Shown here piece after piece: positions 31,362 to 42,352 of a stretch of DNA of 64,000 bases. A program made the translations under genes and the position numbers. How positions within the stretch are numbered: the first letter of the stretch is position 1; every line of letters begins with the position of its first letter. The notes below the pieces were generated by a model that was not told the DNA's origin, made no database searches, and worked only from the letters and a program-made list of their open reading frames with translations. The stretch is from Caecitellus pseudoparvulus (Eukaryota; Protista; Bigyra: Bicosoecida), in contig CBFFRQ010000018.1 in assembly GCA_965644315.1 (NCBI GenBank), positions 124,001 to 188,000 on the forward strand. The letters are read 5' to 3'.

Positions 31362-34300
31362 CTACACCAGTTCCTGTCTGCAAGCTGTGGCGAACAGAGT
31401 GCCGAGTTCGCTGTTTGCACCAGAGTCTGTGATTGAATAACCTGGAGCTTCCACTAGTCGCTCTGGGAGCCTGCACACCTTTCTCCCTGAAGCAAACATG
31501 CGAGCTGCAAGGGAACAGATACCCCAACCATGGTTGAAAAGCATGTCGGAAAACCCCCCAACACCAAGGAACGCTGAGCGGTCTACAAGGACAACATCCT
31601 CACGCCGCACTGTGCCAGATAGAATGCTGGCACGCCACCCCCATGCTGGTGCCAAAAGCTCCGTGACACCGTCGCCTGCTGTGCTGTGCGAGCTGGCGTG
31701 GCGCAACGTCCAGGGAGTGAGAAAGTCCGCGGCATTCTTGGCATGTGCCTGAAGTAGCACTTGCAGGGCACCCGGGAATAGCTTGGCGCCATTCAGCAAG
31801 AACAGGAGGTTCTTCGTCGTTGCCTTGCTGGCTGCATGGTTCAGAGCTTGTGCCTTGCCTTCAAGCGGCAACTGGAGAACGTCTCCATGCCCGGCTGCCT
31901 GGAGGTTCACGTTCAAGTCCTCCCACACTGTCTGCACAGAGCCTCGAGGATTCAAATCAATAACAACTACTTTCAAGGTTGAGATGGCCTCATCAAGCAC
32001 TGACCGCACGGTTGCTTCAGTGATTGCGGGATCTGTCACGGCAAGCACCACAACGGTGACCGATCGAGCAGGTCTGGACAAGGTCTCAGCAGCTCTGATC
32101 CCACGTCTGGTGATACTAAAACGAACCCATGACTCAAGCTCGGTCGTGGTCAAAGCGTGCTGGGGTGGCGGTGCAAACGCGCCGCGGGCACCCAAGCAAC
32201 TCCCAGGGAGACAGCTCTGTAACACCCCCACGAAGCCATTAACTCCCAATCTGTCTGAATAAAAGCACCCACACGACACCGCAGCCCTATCGGGTAGCCA
32301 CGTTTGATAGTGAGAAGGTGCAATAACTCGCACACCTTGCCGGGCGGCTGCCAGAACCAGGGGGCCCTGGCTGCGCGAGGAAGGGAGAAGCACGAGACGG
32401 CCTGATTCTGGAACGAAACTGGGGTCGGTCAACAACACAGTGAAAGCATCATGCTTGAATGTCTCATATGCGCCACTTGCCGGGGCATAGGCACATCCAG
32501 CCTTCAGAAGCAGCTCAACGAGGAGTGGCCTTTGTGGGTGTACCCTATCCATCATAACGAGCCAAGTCTGGCCCCCTGCCAGAGAAGATAGCGTGATAGC
32601 ATCAATCAACTGATGAAGCTGCAATTCAGAAATACGGGTGGTTTGCCAGACGACCAAGACATCATGGGGCAGCTCAGCGTTGGCTCTGGCAATAAGCTCA
32701 GCGCGGCTCGACACAGAAAGCACAAGTGGCACACAAGAGTGATGGTCAGAGGCAAATGGACCTAAGCTTTGGCGTATATCATACTGGCTTTGGAACGCAA
32801 CTACATCGGCAAGCTTCGCCAACTCCACTGCCGGAGGGAGCAGCGAGAGAGTGGCTCCGTGGAAGTTGGGAGCGATTAAATCATCAGCTGGGATCCAGTG
32901 TGCGATGAAAGTGACTCCAGCGAAGCTGGTTTGCATCCGCTTCTTGTGCAAAGCAACAGATACCCATGGAAACCCAGCATCAAAATGGATGATGTCAAAG
33001 GCGGTGCTTTCAAGCCAGTCTGCAAGCGCGACTGCAGTTGGCGAAAACCCATCGTCCGGCTCAATGCTGTCCACGCCCCTAACTCCGTGTCGCACTATTG
33101 CTTCCAGGGAGTGTAAGCTGAGGGAATCAGGCAGGGTTGGCGCGCTGATAAGTGGAGTGGCTGCCGACCGGCTTGAGTCCCCTGAAAGAACTACGGCCAC
33201 ATGGCTGGTGTCAGCTGCATCGATGGCAGCATTCAGAACAGGATCCAATGCTGACACGTGCCCCCACGAGCTCAAGAACACACTCCCCTGTGCAGCCTTG
33301 AAGAATTCCTTGGGCTGGGCGATCCAATCAAGACTCTTCACTTCCACCGTCACAGCAGTGCCCCCCGCACACCGCAACTTGAACGCCAGCATGGCCTGCG
33401 CACCGTGCGGGAAACGAAGCAGGCCACGATCAGAAGAATCCCGGATAAAGGTCACTGCAAACCACCTTAGGCCATCTTCTGTTACAAGCATTTCCAATGC
33501 CCTCTCTTCCCTGCAGCCGCTCCACTGAATGCGCACGGCCTGCACGAGGCGCAGGTGAAGCAGGTCCAGCCCAATCCAATCCGTTGCTGATAAAGGCCGG
33601 TGCATGTGCCACGCAGTCGCATCGTTGCCATCCACAGCACGGATGAAATGAAACGATCCATGCTCAGGCGCCCAGCCTTTTGCAAAGGGACTGGCCCGCA
33701 CAGCTGTAATGCACCAGTTGTCCGAGACAGGGTCGACGCTTGACATGAAGACAGCAGAGTCGTCGTGGCTAATCGCTTTATGGACCCCGCTTAAACTCTT
33801 ACGTGACTTAAATTCTCGTTGGATGGGGCAATCAGCAGTGCCAAGGCACTGTTCCACCATGCGCAGCGCCCGCAGCTGGTGCTCTGTGTTCTTCGCACGG
33901 TTGTCCGTGCACGTGCTGCATGAGAACGCGCCGCTCGTATCCAGGCCCTCTTGGTCAAGCGACTGCTGCACGACAGTGGGCAGCTCGTTCAGGAGGAGGC
34001 TGAAGTATAAGTCTGCGAAGCGCTTCTGCTCATCTGTGAAAGCTAGAGCTTCCTGCAGCTCCAGGAACTTCAACGCTAGGTGTCGTGGCACGAAGGCGCC
34101 CGTGCCCAGCCACGTGAAGCCTGTGTGCAGGTCCGCTGCGATGTCCAGGAAGGACCACTTGCGGGACAGGACCCAGGAGCTGGCATCTGTGCCGACAGTG
34201 ATGAGGTGTGGGTTGGCAGCTGCCAAGGCGTGCAGGGAGTTAAGGTTGGAGGGAAGGAAGTCGTCGTCGATGATGAAGCAGAGGTCGTTGTGGGCTGCTT

Positions 34301-36017
34301 GACAGCCGACGTACTTGGCCTGCGTAAAGATGTTCTCGCGTTGGGCCAGAACCGTGACCCTGCCTTCCAGCAATACACCACATTCTGCTTCCTGCAAGGC
34401 CTTCGAAATGCCCGCCTCAAGGCTGTTCTGCACCACGATGAACTCTGTGAGAAAAGGGTAGTTTGCTGCTGCCTGGCAGACGACTTTCACCACGTTGTTA
34501 AATCGCTTCCATGCAGTGATGACCAGCGACGCTGGTTGGCTCTCGTGTTGGCTTGCTGCAGCCGCCAACAAGCGCGTGCGCAGCTCGCGCGAAGGCCAAT
34601 CCTGAGGCTGAACTGGCACATCTTGCCCATCTGTCTTCAGGACACGGTAGTCCTGGCCGGGCGCAGCAATGGAGAGCTTGGTCCACCTGAGAGGAAGCGT
34701 TCCGTTGAAAGCACGACCAGGCAGCTCTGAAAGACACTTGTCCCGCATGTTCATCCAGCCGCCCTGCTCTGACAGGCCGATGTGCCGTGTGATATCCTTG
34801 ACTGACACCACCTCCCCCTGCACGTGCACCGGCGGCAGGCCCGACAGACTGGACGCCAGCATGTTCAGGCCGATGTCATCACAGTTGAAGACTTCGTCCA
34901 CGTATGCCTGCAGCTGCGTGTTCGCGGCGTACGCCTCCATGAGGTCCCTGTGGAACACACTGGCGCCCACCAGCACCATGGAGTAGTGCCCGGAGGGCAG
35001 CGGGAAGTACGAGTAGGTAACTGAAACGCCACCATCATTTTCATAGACTGTGTGAGACCTTGGCAGGAAGCCAACAATTTGACGGGGGTGGTCCCTCCAC
35101 GCCCACGTTGCTCTGGACAAAGCCGACTGCTCGATGCGCAGGTCGTCATCCACCAACACCACCGCATCCGTGTCGATGTGGCGGCGCACCAGGAAACGAT
35201 TATTCATACTGTTGCGGCGCATGCGAATGACACGCACCGGCACCGTGGCCTCGATCTCGCTGGGATGCGGGGGGGTGACTTGCAGGTTGTTCCACACCAC
35301 CACGAGCCCGACACACCCAGCGTCCCGGGCAGCGTCGCCTGCATACCGCGATGCGAAGTCCCGCAGCTGCCAGAGCTTGTGGCGGCCGTAAACTTGAGTG
35401 ACAACAGTGTACGGTGTCTCGGAGAAAGAGCCATCGGGGTCTGCCTCTTGCACATCTGAAATGCGTCGATTGAGCCCAGCCTGACAGTCCACAGGCCTTC
35501 GCTCCACAGTCGTTTCACTCCAAGTGTAGCCTATAAAGGAGCCACTGAGTCCTTTCGACCTGTCTAAAATATAGTAATTCCCCATTGCGATCGAAATCAT
35601 CGCCCACACTGCAGCAATGCAAGCAACACCTGACAAAGTCACTACACAGCGGAATTTGCCTAGCGGTATGTGCCTTGCACTTGTCAATGCCCGACTCCAC
35701 GAACGAAAAGGGCCCAGGCAGCAACGCCAGCGACTCATCGAGTTCTTCATACTCGGTGGCAAGATATGTGGCAGCCTGTCTTGGCGATTCAAACTCCGTC
35801 GCTTGGTTTGGCGGCCCGCAGTTGGATGGTGAGCTGCGCTGAGCTGGGCCTTTGTATCCATGGAGCCCCTAAAGCGAGCAGCACCAGCCCTACAGTCCCA
35901 CGCATGAGTCAGAATACATTTTTCGTGAACATTGATTTGTACAATCTGCAGTCTGGTTCCCTTCGTCCCCACGTGTGTCAGTTGGACACACAATGGCCTC
36001 CGGCCATCGGTGGCCAA
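31362..36017 (-). CDS. Multidomain glycosyltransferase: TM + GT64 (EXTL-like) + second GT-A-like domain + discoidin/F5/8-like domain + further GT-like regions ending in a degenerate GT2
   Basis: GT64 motifs VVVWNN, NSMNNRF, TDAVVLVDDD, IVGFLPRSH, YSMVL and FNCDDIGLN. Second domain has CFIIDDDF and WLGTGAF. AVDGNDATAW...WIGLDL is discoidin-like. The C-terminus (GKAQALNHAA...LLFLLNG...FLGVGGF) is GT2-like. The ORF starts at TTG, so the real ATG is likely ~35750. Confidence 0.85.
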   Translation of the reverse strand: MATDGRRPLCVQLTHVGTKGTRLQIVQINVHEKCILTHAWDCRAGAARFRGSMDTKAQLSAAHHPTAGRQTKRRSLNRQDRLPHILPPSMKNSMSRWRCCLGPFRSWSRALTSARHIPLGKFRCVVTLSGVACIAAVWAMISIAMGNYYILDRSKGLSGSFIGYTWSETTVERRPVDCQAGLNRRISDVQEADPDGSFSETPYTVVTQVYGRHKLWQLRDFASRYAGDAARDAGCVGLVVVWNNLQVTPPHPSEIEATVPVRVIRMRRNSMNNRFLVRRHIDTDAVVLVDDDLRIEQSALSRATWAWRDHPRQIVGFLPRSHTVYENDGGVSVTYSYFPLPSGHYSMVLVGASVFHRDLMEAYAANTQLQAYVDEVFNCDDIGLNMLASSLSGLPPVHVQGEVVSVKDITRHIGLSEQGGWMNMRDKCLSELPGRAFNGTLPLRWTKLSIAAPGQDYRVLKTDGQDVPVQPQDWPSRELRTRLLAAAASQHESQPASLVITAWKRFNNVVKVVCQAAANYPFLTEFIVVQNSLEAGISKALQEAECGVLLEGRVTVLAQRENIFTQAKYVGCQAAHNDLCFIIDDDFLPSNLNSLHALAAANPHLITVGTDASSWVLSRKWSFLDIAADLHTGFTWLGTGAFVPRHLALKFLELQEALAFTDEQKRFADLYFSLLLNELPTVVQQSLDQEGLDTSGAFSCSTCTDNRAKNTEHQLRALRMVEQCLGTADCPIQREFKSRKSLSGVHKAISHDDSAVFMSSVDPVSDNWCITAVRASPFAKGWAPEHGSFHFIRAVDGNDATAWHMHRPLSATDWIGLDLLHLRLVQAVRIQWSGCREERALEMLVTEDGLRWFAVTFIRDSSDRGLLRFPHGAQAMLAFKLRCAGGTAVTVEVKSLDWIAQPKEFFKAAQGSVFLSSWGHVSALDPVLNAAIDAADTSHVAVVLSGDSSRSAATPLISAPTLPDSLSLHSLEAIVRHGVRGVDSIEPDDGFSPTAVALADWLESTAFDIIHFDAGFPWVSVALHKKRMQTSFAGVTFIAHWIPADDLIAPNFHGATLSLLPPAVELAKLADVVAFQSQYDIRQSLGPFASDHHSCVPLVLSVSSRAELIARANAELPHDVLVVWQTTRISELQLHQLIDAITLSSLAGGQTWLVMMDRVHPQRPLLVELLLKAGCAYAPASGAYETFKHDAFTVLLTDPSFVPESGRLVLLPSSRSQGPLVLAAARQGVRVIAPSHYQTWLPDRAAVSCGCFYSDRLGVNGFVGVLQSCLPGSCLGARGAFAPPPQHALTTTELESWVRFSITRRGIRAAETLSRPARSVTVVVLAVTDPAITEATVRSVLDEAISTLKVVVIDLNPRGSVQTVWEDLNVNLQAAGHGDVLQLPLEGKAQALNHAASKATTKNLLFLLNGAKLFPGALQVLLQAHAKNAADFLTPWTLRHASSHSTAGDGVTELLAPAWGWRASILSGTVRREDVVLVDRSAFLGVGGFSDMLFNHGWGICSLAARMFASGRKVCRLPERLVEAPGYSITDSGANSELGTLFATACRQELV

Positions 36018-36481
36018 ACTCCCAAGGTTTCCCCCCCTTCCTATGTGCCCCCCCGCGTGGGCCAGTTCTTGTCCCGAAATTTCATCCTGGTTTCTCGTTC
36101 TGCCGCTCCGATCTTTCAGTATGCAGCTTTTGATGCTTTCATGTGAACCCTAGTACTGCACAACACGCCAACCACGTGAGCTTGATGACTGCCGTACCCA
36201 CAGCAGGCATTTCCGCATGGAGCTGTGCAACAAATGCACTGTACCGCAAATTAAGGGCATCCTGGTCCACAACCAAAGGGTCCCCAGATGCCCGCGCATG
36301 AGGGTACCCGCGTTGATTGCCGTGTTGATTTCAACACGCATGTGCATTGCTGGGTTTCCTGTGAGGCCAGCGACCCCCAAGGCGACCTGGCTCTGGCTCG
36401 TCTGCCGCACAGCGGTACCATCACTGAATGAGGCGGAAGAAAGCGCGCATGACATGCCCGCTTCGTGCCATCGCCAAGTTT

Positions 36482-38794
36482 TCAAGCTGCGCCACCCGCT
36501 GACCTCACTTTGTGCCACCAAGACAGTGCCCAGGCTCTCGTTACCATTCTCTTGAGGGGGCCCTCGCTCACCCGCATAATCGGATTAGAACCGGGAACCA
36601 TGAGCACAAAAAAAGCACTCCCCATCCCCCGGGTCAGCTGAGAGTACACAGGCGGCCACGGCGAAAGGTTTGGCTCTGCAGCCGACTTGCCAGTGTGCAC
36701 TTCCACAACTGGTGTGTCTGGCTTGCAAAATATCACGTTTATAAGCCCTGCCCCATGTGGTGCAACAATCATTGCTGCCATGCGGAACACAATGGCCTGT
36801 TGGGCAAGCGGCATTGATCCGTACAGCAGTACTTCGGCATCCGGCACCACTTCGTAAATCCACTGTACCACTTCCATCTCATTCTGCACAAGGCGCTTCG
36901 CATCTCGGTGAACTACAAGCACCAGAGGCCGTGAGCGACTTTCCACAACTTGATCGAGATCCCGAACAGCCTCTGTCCGACTCGCATCAGCACCCACTGG
37001 GCGACCTTGCACCCACCCTGCAGGTAGAAGGTCCTCAGGCTGCATCACCCGCAGCTGCTCAGGGATACGCAAGTAGCTCCGATTGTACTCTGTCATGTCT
37101 ACATCGGGTATGCTCGACACAAGTCGCACGCTTGGCATTGCTCCGCGAGGTGGCAGGAAGCGCCTGCCTGGTTCAAATGAAACGGGCTGTGCACCCCGTC
37201 GACGCTGATGCATGCAATCCACAATCCTTTCCACCGCTACGGCTGATGTCATGTTTGCATCATGCACTAGCTGCATAGTGGCCGTGGCCAACATGAACTC
37301 CCCCATTGTGGCCAGCTCACGCAGCGCTGGGGGCGATGTCGTGCACCCAGAACCCGACGGCACCAACGCCCACTCGGCCGTAAACGGCGCATTCATGACA
37401 CGCAAACGGCTCGAAGGCAGGCCCAGCAACCCCATGGCTTCCTTCAAAGACTTTGACACGCTACTGCCTGTTGTGATGATGATGGTGGGGTCACGCAAAA
37501 GCAGCGTGCGCGCGATCCAAATGCGAGGCAACAACTCGGACATGAAGTGATAGTGGTTGGAGTGCCACAGCATGTTGACATGCAGTACCGTCGCATGGAT
37601 GTGCATGAGATTCTCGCGCTTGAGCCCTTCCGCCGTCAGCGGCTGCCCCTCGGGCTTTGCCTGCTCCGGCGGCTGAAGTCCAACGATACCAGGACCCTCT
37701 TTCTGGAAGTAGGTCCATTCCCTACAGCCCCCGCCACCGAGCGTTGCCGTTTTGCTGAAGGTCAAGCCTTCCGGCCATAGCACAGCCTTGCGGAGGACAA
37801 CGATGCTGGCGTGAGACCGGCGTGTGAGTGTCTCGGTGAGTACCTGTCGACGAGGCAGAGACTTCGACTTGAGATACTGTGCCCAGTACGCTCGAGTCAT
37901 CGCCCAGGTATCCCAAGGATCAACAGGAGCCCACCAGGGGTCATGTGGGAAATTTATTGCCTGGGCAGGCTCAGCCTGGCCAGAAGGCAGCGTCGTTGAC
38001 GGGTGCTGTAGCAAAACCACGCACAACCCTCGTGCCAGGTGGCGGTAAAGCTCGTGTGGCTCACCTGAGAAGAATGCTCCCTGAAAGATGCGCAGGGAAC
38101 CACCAGCCGGCACGATAGGAAAGCTTGTCGAGTGCTCTTCTGCTGTCCCTTGACAATACGAAGTCCAGTCAAGCCTGAAACCAGTCGCGCCAGCTTGGCT
38201 TGGAACCGAAAACAAATCCGCAAGACCTGGTGGGTGCACCACAGACCATGCTCCAATGGCGAAGCGCTTTGGCTGCAAGCCAAGCAATGAAGTTGAAATG
38301 GTATCCCAAGACTTTTTACTGCCTCTCTGTGAACGCTCCACGGCGCCAGACAGCCATTCTTGTTGCGTGTGCCGGACTTGCTCGGCTCGACTGGCTCGCT
38401 CAGCCGCCTCATTGCAACAGCGCCCCCTGCCGCGCACAGCACCAGCTAAAGCACTGCGGTATGTGGACCTTGAGTCAAGCAAATGCAGCCTCAATCTGGA
38501 CATGCACTGATCCGACCTCTGAATCGCTGTTGTCCAGAAGCTATACCTCCCCAACGAGTCCCGCAGGCCGCGCACTCCCCCACTGACAAACACGGACACA
38601 GCAAGCCACATGAAGAGCACCAGGATGCTGCACATGATGCACCACCTGATTATCTCTGATGGGAAGCTTCCTGTGGCTTCCTGACGTCCAGAGCCTGGCT
38701 TGAGCTCGGTTGCCAGCCCGTCCTCATTCCGGAGCCCTGGCCCACCATGGATGCAGCCTGGAGGAGCACGTCTCGGGCGCATTTGGGGCGGCAC
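36482..38794 (-). CDS. GT61/DUF563-like glycosyltransferase, copy 2
   Basis: Near-identical to 18665-20965 (offset 17817), with an intact frame. Confidence 0.85.
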   Translation of the reverse strand: MPPQMRPRRAPPGCIHGGPGLRNEDGLATELKPGSGRQEATGSFPSEIIRWCIMCSILVLFMWLAVSVFVSGGVRGLRDSLGRYSFWTTAIQRSDQCMSRLRLHLLDSRSTYRSALAGAVRGRGRCCNEAAERASRAEQVRHTQQEWLSGAVERSQRGSKKSWDTISTSLLGLQPKRFAIGAWSVVHPPGLADLFSVPSQAGATGFRLDWTSYCQGTAEEHSTSFPIVPAGGSLRIFQGAFFSGEPHELYRHLARGLCVVLLQHPSTTLPSGQAEPAQAINFPHDPWWAPVDPWDTWAMTRAYWAQYLKSKSLPRRQVLTETLTRRSHASIVVLRKAVLWPEGLTFSKTATLGGGGCREWTYFQKEGPGIVGLQPPEQAKPEGQPLTAEGLKRENLMHIHATVLHVNMLWHSNHYHFMSELLPRIWIARTLLLRDPTIIITTGSSVSKSLKEAMGLLGLPSSRLRVMNAPFTAEWALVPSGSGCTTSPPALRELATMGEFMLATATMQLVHDANMTSAVAVERIVDCMHQRRRGAQPVSFEPGRRFLPPRGAMPSVRLVSSIPDVDMTEYNRSYLRIPEQLRVMQPEDLLPAGWVQGRPVGADASRTEAVRDLDQVVESRSRPLVLVVHRDAKRLVQNEMEVVQWIYEVVPDAEVLLYGSMPLAQQAIVFRMAAMIVAPHGAGLINVIFCKPDTPVVEVHTGKSAAEPNLSPWPPVYSQLTRGMGSAFFVLMVPGSNPIMRVSEGPLKRMVTRAWALSWWHKVRSAGGAA

Positions 38795-39609
38795 GAAGTT
38801 GGCCTTGATCTGGTGCGCACAAAGCGATTTAGACCTTACAGGCGTCCGTCATGCAGCTGACGAGCTGGCATGGAAATTGATGATATGGCCCGCGAGGGAA
38901 ACGCCGAGGGAGACCGATAACGACAAGCCGCCACGAGAAGCTATCCAGGCTCTGTGAGGACCCTGGCCCCCAGACTAACGATCTTCAAGACTCAGCTTCA
39001 TGTGCAAAAGCAAAAGTGAGGGGGCAGAAGGGAACACATGCTCGAGCAGTATTGTCGCTGCCAGAAAGTGGGGCTTCGCGTGTCAGTCAACAGCTTTCAA
39101 AAGCATGAGCACTTGACTGCTCATGATCCCCTGACGCACTTGCCTCCCCACCTGGAGTGTGTGATGTACTTTTCATCAATGTATGTCCGTTTTCCTTTGC
39201 AGGTCTGCAGGGTATACTCTGTTGGTGGTCGGTGCAAGAGAAACAGCGAAAACGCTGCCCGGCCGAGAAAAGAACGTCGCTGCGCCGATTCCTGCAATGA
39301 GGTGGTCACGTACTGCACCATCACATGAGCAGGCAAAATGAGTGATAGAACGCTTCATCGACTGCATCTGGTCGTCAGTCTTCTCGCCACACTACAGCAA
39401 GTCGACGCCATCGAGAAAGTTGCACGTGCTTGAACATTTCGCGGAAGTGGCCGTTGAATTTGCACCGCTCAGAGCCGCACGCAACGCCCATGAGGAGAGG
39501 AGCGACAGAAGAAGTCTGAGGGAGGACTCAACAGTGCCACTCCGCAATGATCACAGTATGAGGCTCGGGCAGAGGTGGGAGAATCACGTGAAAGACGGGG
39601 CGTGATGAA
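38589..39609. repeat. Leader/promoter cassette P2
   Basis: Nearly identical to 41332-42352 (offset 2743). Confidence 0.88.
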
Positions 39610-39611
39610 TC

Positions 39612-41537
39612 TCACTTGCTAGAGGAAAGAGGTGAGGAGGCATCATCGCGTGAGGCATGAGAATCATCCAATGGGGCTGCAGAGAAACACTCTCCATGCA
39701 CAGGTAGCCTCAAGAATTCTCTGCGGAGCTGCTCAAATTGTTGCCCGGCTCGAGGCAGGGCTGCACCATGCAGGCTCCACATGCCGTGCTGGGCGAGGCA
39801 CCGGACTTTGCCCTCATTTCCCCCGGCCCAGCTCGCGTGCACAAGCCGCGCTTTTGGGAGCGGTCCATTGAGTGAACACGCCCATATGCCAGTGCTCCAC
39901 TTCTTTCCACTCGGGATTGAACAGATGACCTTTTCGCCTGTTTCTCTGATGCTGTACCTGCATGGGTGCCTCATCGGGCGGTGTTTTGTGTCCTGCTCAG
40001 CGAGTGATACCATCGGAAGACCACGCTCAACGCGGGCAGCACGATCCAGCAGTTGTATCGTGGACCATCGCGGCCGTGCTATGAACAACCCAGTGCCCCA
40101 ACCCCTCCAGGGCATGTCCAGCAGGATGGCATCAGTCAGAAATGCTAGAGCGCAGCGACGACCGCGGACCCACTCCTCAATCTCATCAACAACTCCTCGC
40201 CCAGCATACGCGGTACCCACATCATGGAAGAATACCGTAAATCCTTGTATCAAGAATGAACGCACAATGTTGTGTTTCACACGATTCAGTACAGTGGTTC
40301 GCTTGGCACTTGACATGTCTTCCGCTGCTCTTGCAATGTCTGAGTTCGCAAGATCGGCACCCCGCGAGTCAAGCCAATCAGGACGAGCCAAAAGTGTTGG
40401 AATACCATGCGCGTAAAGATCCTCGTGGGCTCCGATGTCCAATGCGATGATCAAGAAGCGCTCTGCTCCAGTCCGTATGAGTGAGCGAGCTAAGTTTACC
40501 GCCATGGCCACTGTGCCAGCGCTAGCGACAGAGAGAAGTATTGTGCCCCCCATTGGCCTCACTGCTGCTTTGACGATGCAATTTTCAACTGATGTAAGTC
40601 CAGGAAGTTCCTGGGGCCCACGTAGTTCATGTACGCCTTGCTGACTGAGCGAGGTGATGAGCTGCGGAGGGTCACCCCATGCCGCCTTCTGCGCGTTCGA
40701 AGCGGGAAGAGCGTGTGCACGTCAATGTTCCCATGAGGAAAGAACGAGGATGCTATTGTCGTCTGTGACCTAATCTTGTCCTCAAAGTAGCTCTCAGGAG
40801 CTGTTTCGCATATCTCTTGCTGAGCAGCCAACACACCATCTACGCATACACGGCCGTCCTGCCCACAGACAGCAGCCTCACGAATCAGGTACAGGGACTG
40901 GATTTCTGCGTGAACGTACCATTCTGGATAGTGAGGGTTGAATCGCCCACGCGCGGCTGTCACTAATGCAGCTACATCGCCCTGTACCATCTTGGACTTG
41001 CCTCAACAAGTGCAACGCTGAGCCAGAAGGATTCAACCCCGTGATCATGAGGAGCGGGAGCAAACTGACGAGTACATGGAAAATTAGAAGTCCTGAGCAA
41101 TACATGCGTGCAGTGAGTGGGCTCCAGTGGCAACAAGGTCTGCTGGGGAAGCCCAAGTCTGACAGTCAGCTGTCGGAAAATGAGGAACGTCAACAGCAGG
41201 TAAAGTTTGGATCGCGCACAACGTGCGTCACCCCGCGTGATCTTACTCGAAGTGGGGATTCATTTGTTTTGACTTCAACGAGCTATACATGTCAGGGGCC
41301 CCCCTCCAAGCTGCCCACGACCGTGAGGCTGAACACGGACACAGCAAGCCACATGAAGAGCACCAGGATGCTGTACATGATGCACCACCTGATTATCTCT
41401 GATGGGAAGCTTCCTGTGGCTTCCTGACGTCCAGAGCCTGGCTTGAGCTCGGTTGCCAGCCCGTCCTCATTCCGGAGCCCTGGCCCACCATGGATGCAGC
41501 CTGGAGGAGCACGTCTCGGGCGCATTTGGGGCGGCAC
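39612..41537 (-). pseudogene. GT77-like (nucleotide-diphospho-sugar transferase) gene fused to the GT61-type leader, broken into several frames (or cryptically spliced)
   Basis: 39612-40562 carries GT77-like motifs (ILLSVAS-G--MAVNL--SL-R-G--FLIIALD, VFFHDVG, GTGLFIAR, LVHASW-GG--GKV--L---GMW). Upstream pieces 40559-40990 and 41292-41537 lie in other frames with stops. The DxD appears as DVG. Confidence 0.7.
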
Positions 41538-42352
41538 GAAGTTGGCCTTGATCTGGTGCGCACAAAGCGATTTAGACCTTACAGGCGTCCGTCATGCAGC
41601 TGACGAGCTGGCATGGAAATTGATGATATGGCCCGCGAGGGAAACGCCGAGGGAGACCGATAACGACAAGCCGCCACGAGAAGCTATCCAGGCTCTGTGA
41701 GGACCCTGGCCCCCAGACTAACGATCTTCAAGACTCAGCTTCATGTGCAAAAGCAAAAGTGAGGGGGCAGAAGGGAACACATGCTCGAGCAGTATTGTCG
41801 CTGCCAGAAAGTGAGGCTTCGCGTGTCAGTCAACAGCTTTCAAAAGCATGAGCACTTGACTGCTCATGATCCCCTGACGCACTTGCCTCCCCACCTGGAG
41901 TGTGTGATGTACTTTTCATCAATGTATGTCCGTTTTCCTTTGCAGGTCTGCAGGGTATACTCTGTTGGTGGTCGGTGCAAGAGAAACAGCGAAAACGCTG
42001 CCCGGCCGAGAAAAGAACGTCGCTGCGCCGATTCCTGCAATGAGGTGGTCACGTACTGCACCATCACATGAGCAGGCAAAATGAGTGATAGAACGCTTCA
42101 TCGACTGCATCTGGTCGTCAGTCTTCTCGCCACACTACAGCAAGTCGACGCCATCGAGAAAGTTGCACGTGCTTGAACATTTCGCGGAAGTGGCCGTTGA
42201 ATTTGCACCGCTCAGAGCCGCACGCAACGCCCATGAGGAGAGGAGCGACAGAAGAAGTCTGAGGGAGGACTCAACAGTGCCACTCCGCAATGATCACAGT
42301 ATGAGGCTCGGGCAGAGGTGGGAGAATCACGTGAAAGACGGGGCGTGATGAA
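41332..42352. repeat. Leader/promoter cassette P3 (part of the 2743-bp tandem duplication)
   Basis: Copy of P2; identical shadow ORFs at offset 2743. Confidence 0.88.

Noticed and set aside
30642-36075. 16-bp direct repeat GGCCAGTTCTTGTCCC (30642-30657 and 36060-36075) flanking the GT64 gene
   Set aside because: About one 16-mer match per two windows of this size is expected by chance, and nothing else supports a mobile unit.
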